The translations under genes and the position numbers were made by a program. The notes beneath the pieces are model-generated. The model was given only the letters and a program-made list of their open reading frames with translations, made no database searches and was not told the DNA's origin. DNA of 64,000 bases from Antedon mediterranea (taxonomy: Eukaryota; Animalia; Echinodermata): NCBI RefSeq assembly GCF_964355755.1, contig NC_092676.1, positions 997,788-1,061,787 of the forward strand. The letters run 5' to 3'. Below, one piece after another: positions 52,601-64,000 of the stretch; the first letter of the stretch is position 1, and each line of letters opens with the position of its first letter.

Positions 52601-55600
52601 GTAGACGAACATGATCTAATAGAGGCGGGTAGGTCATTCCATAAGCGAGAGGCAGCAGAAGTGAATGTGCTTAAGCCATATGTTTAGTGTTAAAAGTCGG
52701 AATGGAAAGGAGATTTTTTTAAGACGAGCGAAGGTGCCGGGAAGGTATGTGAAGAGGAGAAGGTCAGAGAGATATGAAGGGGATTTGAACGTGATATTAA
52801 TTACAAAATGTTATCATTTTGTAAGGTCTTGTTATCGTGTTATACTGTATTTAAACATTATTATTACAAAAACAAAAGGTAATTTAATGATAATCTCACC
52901 TCTACAAAATGTGGTGCTACTATATTCCAAGCCTGCATGATATGAAGCAAAGGCCGACTCCTACTCCTGCTGCAGCGTAGCATAACATCAGCCATCTTGA
53001 ATAGATGTAGCGACGTACTAGAATAACACGTAGTCTGTAGTGACTTGCTCGGTGACGTTGGACTTATGATTGAAAACTCGTCATCTTTGGCTACGCTGCT
53101 GAACAACTGCAGCTGTGACGTAGCACGTAGTTCTCGCAAAAATCCAAGTAAAGCTTTTAGGTTCAAGTTTCCAGCTGCTTCTTCAAAAAGTCTACAAACA
53201 GAAATTAGTTTTTTGATCAGAAAAAGACTACAAATTTTATAGAGAGATCAAGTGGTGTACATTTATTAGCGTTTTTAAGTGTTTAAACTTTATGTTGCAT
53301 CCAACAGCAACTAGTCAAAAAGATGAGAATTTTAAGTGTGTGGTAAAACTCAAAACCTGCATTCACTAGAAAATGGAAGGCAACGAACAAAACAAGTCAC
53401 ATTATAGAGTTCGTAATTCACCCAATCTACTTTGCTTTAAATTAAACTTAAAAACACACTTTTTTCACAAAGTTTTTTGACCTTGCTTTACTCTTACACT
53501 GCACCTTTGATAAATTTCTGAAGTAGCGCTATATAAATTTATGTTATTATTATTAACAATAAAGGACAGAATGACAAATCTTGTAAACAATGTTTATGAG
53601 GCCATGCGTTATGTATGTGTATGACTATAGTTAAACATAATAAATGAAAAAGAGGATTATAATGATGATGATAATGATGATTATAATGATGATAATGAAG
53701 ATGATAATAATGATGATTATGATAGTGATGATAGATGATAATAATGATGATGATATAACACTGATGATGATGATGATAATGATAATGATGATTATAATGA
53801 TGATGATTATGATGAAGATAATAATGATTATGATGATAATAATGATGATGATGATGAAGATGATGATAATGATGATTATAATGATAATGATTATGATGAA
53901 GATAATAATGATTATGATAATGATAATAATGATGATGATAATGATGATTATAATGATGATGATTCTGATGAAGATAATAATGATTATGATAATGATAATA
54001 ATGATGATGATAATGATGATGATAATGATGAGTCTCACCTGTCCACATCTGAGGACAGTGCATACACAGCTTTAGCAGCGTTAGCGACACTCAGTATTCC
54101 ACCTCTTGCAGAGTTCATCTCAAAACCAGACTCCTGACTGTTCTGTTGGATGATGTCTTGAACGTTGACAGTAGCTGCCATCGGAGCAGGAACCGACATC
54201 TGGGAGTACGGTGTCATCAGATCATCGTCGTCGTAGGTGTCGTGATGATCTTGGTGGTCTGGCATCTTGGGTAAACTCAATGAGGGTTGGTGACCACTAT
54301 TACGGCTGAAGTGAGAATGCTCTAACTGTGCTACGTAAGCACAACATCTGATAACAAAACACAATTAAATGTTACGGCTGATATAATTTTTATTTTATTA
54401 TGAAATACTAAATTTTTACTGCTCTTTTTAAAGAAACTTGATTCCTTTATAAATATTTCAAATAAAACAATGACTTTACTAATTTAGAAAACTTGAATGG
54501 TATAATGATTATCAATTAAATAATGCCTTTCATTGTATCCTTGTTGTTTGACACAACTGACTTATTTAGATACATACAAAATGACAAATGAAATGCCTTA
54601 TTCTGTACATATCTAAACACATGTACATATCTAAACACATGTACATATCTAAACACATGTACATACCTAAACACATGTACATATCTAAACACATGTACAT
54701 ACCTAAACACATGTACATACCAAAACACATGTACATACCTAAACACATGTTTCCAACAGGGGGCAGCATGGCTTCCCATCTCCAATCCCATTGACAGCAG
54801 AGCATCCATGTTCATAACATGAGCTGCATGCAACCTAACGCCACCTTTGCTTGCGCTCTTACGTGACCCCTTCTTGCCTTGCTCTCCCATTGGTTGAGAG
54901 ACTTCCTCGCTGACGCATGAGGCATTGGCAAGATGGGCGAATACTGCGGCACATCGATCTTGGAGTCCTAGAAAAACAAAAAAATTGAGAATTATTTATT
55001 TATTTATTCTTTATATTGGGTAGCCTCTTCAGTCTAAGACTGTTCTCCCAGAGGGCCCAGTGTATATATATGATGAGGTGTGACAGTGGCTGTGTGTATA
55101 CTAGTACACCAGGGTAACCCCCTACTCGTCTCAAAGGTTGTACTAGCAATTAAGTTTTCAATCTGTATGAATTATAGTTACTGGATACATTTAAAAATGG
55201 CTGTCTTTCCTTCTGAAAACATTAATTTATTTATTTATTTGCATACACTGTGTTAGTAATAATAGAAATAAGCAGTTAAAGACGCTAGTAGTAACTTGGA
55301 CATTTTAATGCACTACAGGCTGTTTCATGACGAGTACATCAATACTCAGGTGCTTGGCTCTGAATGTTAATAATAGTATAACAAGCTGATATATTTAAAA
55401 TAATATTAATAATATTTATTCGGTCACCAATGAAAAAAATATCCAGGAGTGAGAATAGGCTAAAGTCCAAACAGATTCTGCACTCACTCCATAGAAATAA
55501 ACCTGTGAATGTGTTTGTTATCAAAATAACTAGGATAGGTGAAATATATTACCTAAAAGACAACTGAGTCCAGCTGCTTTGCGAAGAGCATCCAAACTCA

Positions 55601-58600
55601 TACAGATTGAATCGCGATCACGCGAGTTCTGTTCTTTAGCGCCATCTGTACCCAGTAGAAACGCTATGCTGCCGATCCCTTTAATTCCACGCATTGAGAG
55701 AGGAGCGGCAAGAACGGTCAAGATCTGGTTCCACATTGTCACAAGAACGCCACGGGTAAACTTCATACCTAAAAGAAAGATGAGTGATTTGTGCATATTC
55801 ATTCATTCATCATTTTCGGAATACCATTACATAATATATCCATAGCAAAAGAAAAAAAAAATCTTAATCTAAGAACTCATAGTACAAAAACAAACAAATT
55901 TAAATATATAAAGTCAATGCAACAAGGCATTCCATTGTTATGTGCATTCTTGACACATTAAGAACATGGTGATTAATGGCCATGATCAAAGAAATACTAC
56001 TTGTGTTCACACGATTTTTAAAACTAAAAACACATTTTCTAATGAATTCATCAAAGGATGAAATTTATCATACTATGATGTTTTTTTTTATTAACCATAA
56101 CATTTATTTTAATACCAGACCAAAATCGTGGTATTATTTATAAATTACTACTGTACCATCACAGACCCCCCACATTATCAACCTACAAACAAATACTAAA
56201 TCACACCCAGTCCACTTAATCTGACTCACCTGCTTCCGAGGCTTGATCGGTGCCATTCGACACAATCTGTAACACAACTTTACTTGGTGATGTTGCATCA
56301 TGCATCATTTGACCACCAATTTCACGGCTCACTAATCCATCTATTTCTGTAAGATGAAAACATGAATGTTGATTGAGAAATTATTATCTAGAGCATGAGG
56401 TAACAAATTTTCATTAATCACTAAAAAGACCTTTTCAACCTCCAGAAAAATTGATTTCTTTTCATTTTATTTGATATCAAAATCACAGCCTTAATATGAT
56501 AATACTAATACAAGTATTAAAACATTTTAAATCAGGAATACAGTACAATAGAGAAATTGAAGAAAGAAACAGAATTTTGTACCAGCTAGGCCATGCAACT
56601 TGCTTATACTCGCATGCAACTTGTTTCCACCCTTCAAGCTATCAAATAATATGTCTACCTAAACTGTAAGGCAAGAGAACCTTGCTTAAGTAAGGCAAGA
56701 GAAGATTGTAAGTTTAAACTTACCTGTAAGCAGTGTGATAAGAGCCTTATTACATTGGACTGATTCTGGCTTGTATCCTGCTAGGCCTAGCACATTCTTC
56801 TGCAGCAGTTGGTTGTACAGTTCTCCTAGCCACGTTGATGACAGGTAGATCAATATTCCACTGTCATGAACTTTGTTTACAAATTGTTGCTAAAAAATAT
56901 AACAATTGATGGATGTCAGTTTTAATGTGATGTTCAAATGCTCGAGAGCAGACGTGCTGGAAGTGAGCTCAAGCAACACTATTTCTGTAGCTACATGGAA
57001 TCTGTCATCCACTTGGATGCAACACAGGGACATTAGCGCACCAGAAGTAATTTGACCAATCGTGACTCATAACATCATCCAAACTTACATTGCGTCGAAG
57101 TGGGATCACCAAATTGTCCCTTGAGATTGGTAGTCGTGCTGCGAGTACGTTAGGTACCCAAGCTTTAGTTTATGTTGGTTCATGCTGATTGTGACTATAA
57201 TCTGTTGTACTTTGCTTTATGGGTAATGTTGTCATGCATGGCATGTAAATCAGAAGCAGTTGTAAATTGGTTCATCTATCTTACCTTAGTCATAGGTATC
57301 TGTGCCTCCTCAGCCCCATAATGCCCGCTCCTTAACAACTTGAGATTGAGGAGTAAGGCATAGTATGTTGCTACATATATACCATCAGCATTGATGACTG
57401 GAGTGAGGTTAAGTCTTTTGGTCGGTGATGAATTATTACTGCCTTTCTCTTGCGTTGTCTGTTGGCGCTTCATAGTATAATCTATATAAAGACAAGGTTT
57501 ATAGAATTTATAATTTCTGCTACAAACTTTTTTAGGCTAATTCAGAAGAATAGCAAACTGTTATATTATTTCTCATCTTAACAGAGATTCTTTAAAGTGT
57601 AACATTAAATTGATTACAGTATATGTAATAAATACATTTTTTTAAATTCTCTTATTACCAATTAAATTATAAACACATGAAATAAACAAAACAAGGACTG
57701 AGGATCAGTGAACCCAATCACTATAACATACTGTAGGTATGTTGTTTTTTCAGCTGTAATTAAATTTAATAGAAATTATGAATGATACAAAAAAAAATAT
57801 TATTGTACTTTATTTCTTAAGTACTTACTTCCAACAAATTTAGAGGCGAACTCCAGCAGCATCTCATCAACATACTTAGGATCTCCCTCTGGAATGATTG
57901 ACGGAAGCAACTGAATTAAAGCTTCCAAGTACTGCCTTGCGCCATTCCTTTCCTCTTCTTCATTCTTCTCTGCCAATTTTTCCATCTCTTGTCTTCTTTT
58001 TAACTGCCTTTCATCAAGTTCCGTCAACTTTGGTTCATCTTCAACATTTTCATCAACTCCATCATCGTCGGTCAGAGCCGCCAATTCTTCCTCAACATCG
58101 TTTGATTTTTCTTTCTCTGTGTTTTCATCCTCAAGATAAACGCTTTCAATAACTTCTTCTGATTCTATGACTTGACTTTCAATTATCCCATCTGGTAGGT
58201 CAGAGTTCACTTTGCTTTCTTCTAGTATTACCTTCTCTACCGGTTGTTCGCCATCATCCTCACCATCCTTCTCTTCTGGATTGTCTTCAGATGGGTGACT
58301 GTCTTCATCTTCCTTCTTTTGTTCATCACCTTCAACAACCAGCCATGTGTCACTAGGTTTACCTGGCTTATCAATCTTCTGTCCTGCCATCTCGACACAC
58401 ATGTAGTCATTACTGGTCGGTTCATCCTCTTTAATCACCTCAATCTTTCGGACAACCTCAACAACCTTTTGAGTTGGTTCCGTAGATGGCGCTCTTTCAA
58501 TGACTACCTCTTTCATCTTGTTGATCTCTTCAACTTGATACTTTGATAAATGCTTTCCTTGAGTGATCTCTTCAAGTGATGTCAGGAATCCTAGAACGCA

Positions 58601-61600
58601 GACAACACCAGAATGACACACAGCACTGTCCTTGCAATTACTGGAATCAGCAATACCATCTAGTAACCTGCAAGTAGTAGTAGTATACAAATAATATCTT
58701 AAATGGAATGTTAACAATAAACGAGTATTAAATATAACTACTCAGCCTATATTCATTAATTTTTTTATTTTGGAATACCATGATTACATAATGAATCCAT
58801 AGCAAAAAAACAAAGATGCTCAATCTAACAAATCATTGTACAGATAAAAAAAATTGAGGTTGTACAGGATAACAGACAAAACATATGTATAAAGTCAATG
58901 CAAGGAGGTATTCCACTATATATGCATTCTTGACACAAACTATTTTTCATTACTGAAATTATTTATCAAATAAATACTACACTATCCAGAGAAGTGTTTC
59001 AACAGAATGACTACTAGCTATCAGTCTAAAGAAGTTCATAAAATATTTACAATTTTAGTAAATCTAAATCTGGATTTCGTTCTCTGGTTCCATCATTCAG
59101 ACTGGACTTGCTTCCTTTGACGTCATGCAGAGGAGGGCCTGCCATGTCAAGTACCCTTTGAGGATTCGACAGCATCTGAAAAACAAAATTATTTCATTAT
59201 TCCATGGTCATATTGAAGTCAATCCATTATTTTATTCCCTAAGCATACAATAATTTATGAATACAGATTATTAATGTTTTATGCCTACTGAGCATTAATG
59301 GGAAATAAAAGTAAAATTAGACTGCAAGAAAAATGTCTTTTTTTGTAAAATGTGTTCTTTTTTTATATATTTTTTAAATTATGATTTAAACTTAGCTTTG
59401 GAATCTTGATATATTATATTTTAAGATGGTATATTCATTGCTTGTGAAACTGGGTGAGTGGGGAACACAGGCTTTAAGTCATAGTGATTAAGTTCGCTTT
59501 TGTGTCCCATGCCAGCTCACTCAGTTGGTTCTATTGTTGTTTTTTTTTGTATGTCGTGTTTTTCATGTATTTTATATTTGGCAATAAAAGAATAAGAATA
59601 AGAATAAGAAAAACACAACTATCAATATTAGGACATTTTGCCTAATTTGCATAGTTTAAAATGACGGCCACCCTCATCTTGTAAACCAATTGGTCAGAAT
59701 ACTGGCGAGATTATTTATGGATTAAAAATGTTATGGAACTCAAGGGTTGGAAGTTAAATCCTACCTCTTTAATAACCTTAATGGCTTCATTCCTCTGTAG
59801 TGGTGGTGGATACAACAAGATCCTATGGAACAAAGACCCTAAAACTGGTCTTAAAGACTCCACCGTGCCAACCAGTCTCACCAACTCAGCAGCGATGCTG
59901 TAGATCACTCGACTGGAGGAAGTAACTGATGTACACGTCGTTGAGTAGCTAGAACCACGTCCTTGGTCTGGGACGGAAGTGGCATCTGTCTCTTGTGACA
60001 ATGACACTAGGTCTTTGTCATCTTTTGGTATACCAAGTATGGCAATTAGTGTTGGACATAGCTTTTGCCTGCAAGAGAAGTACACAAATATTGATATTGT
60101 AATCACAAGCATATTATTATTATCTGGAGGTTATTCATTCTCAAATATACTGTATTCAGTACTATCTATGTCAGCATTAAGACAACATCTTCTTTTTTAT
60201 TTTGTTTGTCATTTACATATGTTGATGTAGACAGGTGAATGATCGCTGTTGCATGGCACTGCTGTATGACATGATGGGACCCTAAGGAGACGGTTGTCAC
60301 CTCCACTATTGCGCAATTCAGCCCAGTAAATTATTCGATGTTTTCAAGGAAAAAGATCTGCATTCTTATAATCCACGGCATGCACAAGATTTGAATTCAG
60401 AATTTGGAAGACAACCATCTTTTATTGGACACCAGTTGTGTTTAATATAAATAATAAAAAAAATAATAAAAAGTTCTATTAGTAAATAAATACATATAAT
60501 ATCACTTGATTTGCAACTCACCAGACAATCTTAATAAAGTTGCTATTGTTGCCTAGCTCTTGACTGGAGTTGCTTAACATTGATAATATGGCTTCTAATA
60601 ACATAGTTAATACTGGCTGCTTTTGTTGGTTGTTGTTCAATCTAAAAAAAAAATAACATTACAGTTGAGATTAAAGCCTAACATTGTTTTTTACTCTTAG
60701 TTTATTGTACAATTTTTGATGTTTTTTATATAATATTTTTTCCCTGTGTTGGGCTAAATAAATATGAAATAAGTAATAAAGGCCTTTATGGCACAAACTT
60801 GTGGAGTACCAGGCAATATAGTATACTACTTACTTTTGATTGTCAGATATTTTCTCGCAAAGAAATTCAAGTACTTTGTTCATATCCTGACAAAGAGAAG
60901 CTGTTGGACCTAGATCATCATCTGAAAATGATAAAATATTAAAATAAATAAATATACTAAATACAATACGACAAATTGATATGTATCTAAACATGCATTT
61001 TACCTGTCTCACAAGTTGATTTTTAATATTCTGATAACATAAAAAATTATTCTTGATTAGGTTGATAATTTTGCAACAAAAAAATAAAAAACTATACACA
61101 CACTGAATTAACATCACAGAGGTGGAAGTTATAATAAACAACATGCTATTTGTGATAATACTACAAAACATATTACATCACATACATGCAAAAATAAACT
61201 ACATTTGAGCACATTACAACTGTGGCCTTACCCAGGTATAACTTCATGGACCAATTATTGCTAATTCTGGTGGGTAGGTCACCATCTTACCTGGGTAGGT
61301 CACCATCTTACCTAGGTAAGTCACTATCTTACCGGGGTAAGTCAGCATCTTACTTAGGTAAGTCAGCATCTTACCCGAGTAAGTTAGCATCTTACACAGG
61401 TAAATTATTAAGCCTGAACATGCCCTATGTTGACAAACTTTACGCAATATTACTACAATGTTAAATACACATGCTACAAAGACACACACACACAAAATTA
61501 AGTTAACATAAATTTATTTTAAAATGTGTTGTTTGTACTTACATTATTGGAAGCAGAGGTTTGCGTGAAGGGGTGCAATTTGGGTTTTCGAAGGAAACAG

Positions 61601-62403
61601 ATTAATAAAGTATGAAAAAGAAAAGAATCCAGTTGATTGGGGAAAACATTGCAACAAATAAAAACATTTGTCTACAACTTATACTACATAAATATATTCA
61701 TATACACACACTAAAACAACATAAATTTATAGACAACCCTTTCTTCATGTTAAATTTTCTCGTGTCAATGTTTGTAAAAATGGTATTTTCTGTAGACTCT
61801 CGTCATTGTACAATTCTTGTATTTTAACAAATAATTCTTTAGATATTTTTAACTGTAATTTTTCTCAATTTAAATGTATTATTAATGAAATTATTTAAAT
61901 TTTCTTTTTCATTTGTATATATTTATAGGCTCATATTTTATAGTTTAGCTTTTATTTTCAACCTGTTATTGGTGTTTTACACTGTTGGTTTGATATAAAG
62001 AATAAAAAAAAAAAAACAATAAAATGCCAAATGTACGTAAGCATACCTTTGAGGATTTATATACTGTAGATATTTTTCATTAAAACCATTAAATAATTTC
62101 ATAATACGAATATTGTGTATATAATATATTGTGAAAATTTATTTATTCATTGTATATTTATTGTTTTAATTTATTTATTACAAATCTGAACTTTAGTCAT
62201 TTATATAGCAATTATTATTACGTTTGTGATAAATATTTTGGAATGTGCAGTGTCAAATTGCAACCAAAAAAACCTCAATAAAGCCACAAAAAAAGTTGTT
62301 AAAAGTCAAAGAGGTAATATGTATTGTAAACATTGTATATAGAATTGAAATAATCTTTACCTTTACTACTGAACTCAGCCATCACATCAGCTATATCTTC
62401 CTT
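40645..62403 (-). CDS. ARFGEF3: Brefeldin A-inhibited guanine nucleotide-exchange protein 3 (BIG3), 5'-incomplete
   Basis: Phase-consistent exons in transcript order: 62403-62361, 60921-60834, 60641-60522, 60068-59765, 59175-59051, 58667-57829, 57481-57285, 56889-56724, 56346-56230, 55768-55553, 54967-54739, 54347-54039, 53191-52900, 52113-51934, 51714-51435, (50804-50772), 49104-48658, 45452-45164, 44540-44312, 43057-42930, 42124-40645 (TAA). Recognised segments: LFHRILLYPPP, INADGIY, ACHKDRHVSKKA, HFNFNESLFKPFE, IKSGWRPLFGTL, NFKHACGL, SRLGCSCIR, RPGMKFLLQKV. Confidence 0.92.
44685..44846. mobile_element. ~160-bp MITE family (Harbinger-like), copy 1, carrying a 34-bp P-like mini-insertion
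   Basis: TIR AGCTCTGTC(T/C)ACACTAT..ATAGTG(T/A)AGACAGA. Related copies at ~49513-49675 and ~52297-52444. Confidence 0.7.
44715..44748. mobile_element. 34-bp P-element-like mini-insertion/excision remnant
   Basis: CATGGAGG...CCTCCATG flanked by the 7-bp direct repeat CTATATT (44708-44714, 44749-44755). Absent from the sister MITE copies. Confidence 0.7.
49513..49675. mobile_element. ~160-bp MITE family, copy 2
   Basis: AGCTTTGTCTACACTATCAAA...TTTGATAATGTAGACAGAGTT, palindromic body. Confidence 0.75.
50955..51254. mobile_element. Kolobok-like non-autonomous element (TTAA flanks)
   Basis: TTAA|AGATATATTGTCCCC ... GGGGACAATACCTCT|(T)TTAA. Related internal sequence at ~46905-47170. Confidence 0.55.
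52297..52444. mobile_element. ~150-bp MITE family, copy 3
   Basis: AGTTCTGTCTACATTATCAAA...TTTGATAGTGTAGACAGAGTT. Confidence 0.75.
52466..52790 (-). mobile_element. 5'-truncated LINE (L2/CR1 clade) 3' end
   Basis: The minus strand reads TFTSAASRLWNDLPASIRSCSSTIAFKSALKTHLF, typical of the L2/CR1 ORF2 C-terminus, followed by a (TTA)n tail. Confidence 0.75.
53658..54030. repeat. Compound (ATG/ATA/ATT)n trinucleotide tract in an ARFGEF3 intron
   Basis: ~370 bp of low-complexity sequence starting about 8 nt past the donor at 54038. Confidence 0.95.
54605..54750. repeat. 18-bp tandem repeat (8 copies) spanning an ARFGEF3 splice donor
   Basis: Minus-strand unit ATGTGTTTAG(G/A)TATGTAC; unit starts on + run from 54605 to 54731. 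Confidence 0.95.
61271..61405. repeat. 21-bp minisatellite, ~6 copies
   Basis: GGGTA(G/A)GTCA(C/G)CATCTTACCT-type units. Confidence 0.9.
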
Positions 62404-62529
62404 CTGTAAAGACAAGTTATAAATGTGTGTAAAAAATTGTATAATGTGTACAGTATGTGTGTTTCACCCTTCCCCCGGAAATACCGTTCACAAGACAAAC
62501 ATTATACACAAGATGCTCTACATAACAAA

Positions 62530-62662
62530 CTAAGTCTTTTGGAGTGGAGTTGTAAATTGTCATCGTTATAAAAAATCCTGGGTTCAAGTATGACAGGAAT
62601 TGAACTCAAGACCCTTGGATTGGTAGTCAAGCGTCATAGCCACCAAACCACAACTTCACTCC
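62530..62662 (-). mobile_element. Second tRNA-derived SINE family (decayed); interrupted relative at ~47294-47610 on +
   Basis: Minus strand GTTGTGGTTTGGTGG...CCAATCCAAGGGTCTTGAGTTCAATTCC (A/B-box-like), followed by a CAACTCCACTCC body also seen at ~47583 and ~50462. Confidence 0.5.
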
Positions 62663-63328
62663 GCTATATAATTATAGCAATTGATATAAATAAGCAATAC
62701 AATCATATATTTATTAAAAATTAAAAATATATTGTGTATTTTTTTTAAAGAAACAAAAATGGTTATGTTGTTAAATGTAGTTATCTGATTTTAATTAATA
62801 CAATTATATTATAGTTCTTTGGTTATAGTACAGATTAAGATATATTTGTGTGTATGCATGTGTATGTATATGAGTATTATTTATTATTGCTATGTAAAGA
62901 CAAAAAAAAATTAATATGTTAGTAAATGTATATCTCTGGCTAATTTGATTAATACAATTATATTTAGTTAGATTAGTTACATAATTGTGGAAAACACAGC
63001 ATTTACCAAATTAATTAATTATTTACTTAAAAAAAAAAAATGGAATTAATAATTTATAGTTTTTAATATTGTTTGATCACTGTAAGATACTTTATTTAAA
63101 CGTTCATATAATGTTGATACCTATTACTTTATAGTTAAGTTTGTGTTATGGTTGTATTTTTTGAAATGAATAAAAAAAAAAAAAAAAAAAAAAATACAAT
63201 CATATATTTATGCATATATTTCTCCTTTGCAACAAAATATCATGATTAACTGTTTTGAAATGTCTTTCACGAATCATTAACGGTCTGAATCCATTAGATC
63301 AGTACTGTACCAATGACATACATAATTA

Positions 63329-64000
63329 ACAAGTAGATTTTATCAAGTAATGTGACTGTCTAGCTAGGTACAAGTAGATTTTATCAAGTAATGTGACTGT
63401 CTAGCTAGGTACAAGTAGATTTTATCAAGTAATGTGACTGTCTAGCCAGGTACAAGTAGATTTTATCAAGTAATGTGACTGTCTAGCTAGGTACAAGTAG
63501 ATTTTATCAAGTAATGTGACTGTCTAGCCAGGTACAAGTAGATTTTATCAAGTAATGTGACTGTCTAGCTAGGTACAAGTACTGTAGATTTTATTATCAA
63601 GTAATGTGACTGTCTAGCTAGGTACAAGTAGATTTTATCAAGTAATGTGACTGTCTAGCTAGGTACAAGTAGATTTTATCAAGTAATGTGACTGTCTAGC
63701 TAGGTACAAGTAGATTTTATCAAGTAATGTGACTGTCTAGCTAGGTACAAGTAGATTTTATCAAGTAATGTGACTGTCTAGCTAGGTACAAGTAGATTTT
63801 ATCAAGTAATGTGACTGTCTAGCCAGGTACAAGTAGATTTTATCAAGTAATGTGACTGTCTAGCTAGGTACAAGTACTGTAGATTTTATTATCAAGTAAT
63901 GTGACTGTCTAGCTAGGTACAAGTAGATTTTATCAAGTAATGTGACTGTCTAGCTAGGTACAAGTAGATTTTATCAAGTAATGTGACTGTCTAGCCAGGT
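63329..64000. repeat. 41-bp tandem repeat, >=16 copies, runs off the window end
   Basis: ACAAGTAGATTTTATCAAGTAATGTGACTGTCTAGC(T/C)AGGT, with two 49-bp variant monomers 295 bp apart. Confidence 0.97.

Noticed and set aside
53539-54090. Poly-His, poly-Ile and poly-Met ORFs
   Set aside because: Trinucleotide tract in an ARFGEF3 intron; the real exon ends at 54039.
41136-60230. Antisense or alternate-frame ORFs overlapping ARFGEF3 exons
   Set aside because: Shadow ORFs of real coding exons with no independent support.
62047-62063. Possible 17-nt ARFGEF3 microexon (cag|...|gtatgc) and a donor-like site near 61542
   Set aside because: It would shift the frame, no compensating exon or acceptor was found, and the flanking exons already join in phase.

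Overview
AT-rich, intron-rich animal genomic DNA; a marine invertebrate origin is an inference, and no prokaryotic features were seen. There are three gene regions. (1) A + strand tandem cluster of patatin-like phospholipases with two EF-hands: the last exon of an upstream paralog (399-566), three paralogous first exons (1705-3829 dead; 4630-4875 and 15898-16140 intact), and one gene body (17950-24543). I spliced that body by hand into a ~573 aa protein with GGGNR, GTSLG and DGG motifs. (2) A - strand three-exon family-B 7TM receptor with a somatomedin-B-like, Cys-rich ectodomain (27578-30838). (3) The 3' ~22 kb of ARFGEF3/BIG3 on the - strand (40645-62403), whose 5' end lies outside the window. 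The non-coding DNA holds nested DNA transposons (two CAG..CTG elements with 5-bp TSDs, an Academ-like element, a pogo-like element, MITEs), SINE/LINE fragments, a 3.7 kb satellite made of two palindromes, and many minisatellites. It also shows tiny TSD-flanked insertions that look like transposon excision footprints. All exon and family calls were made by eye, without database searches.
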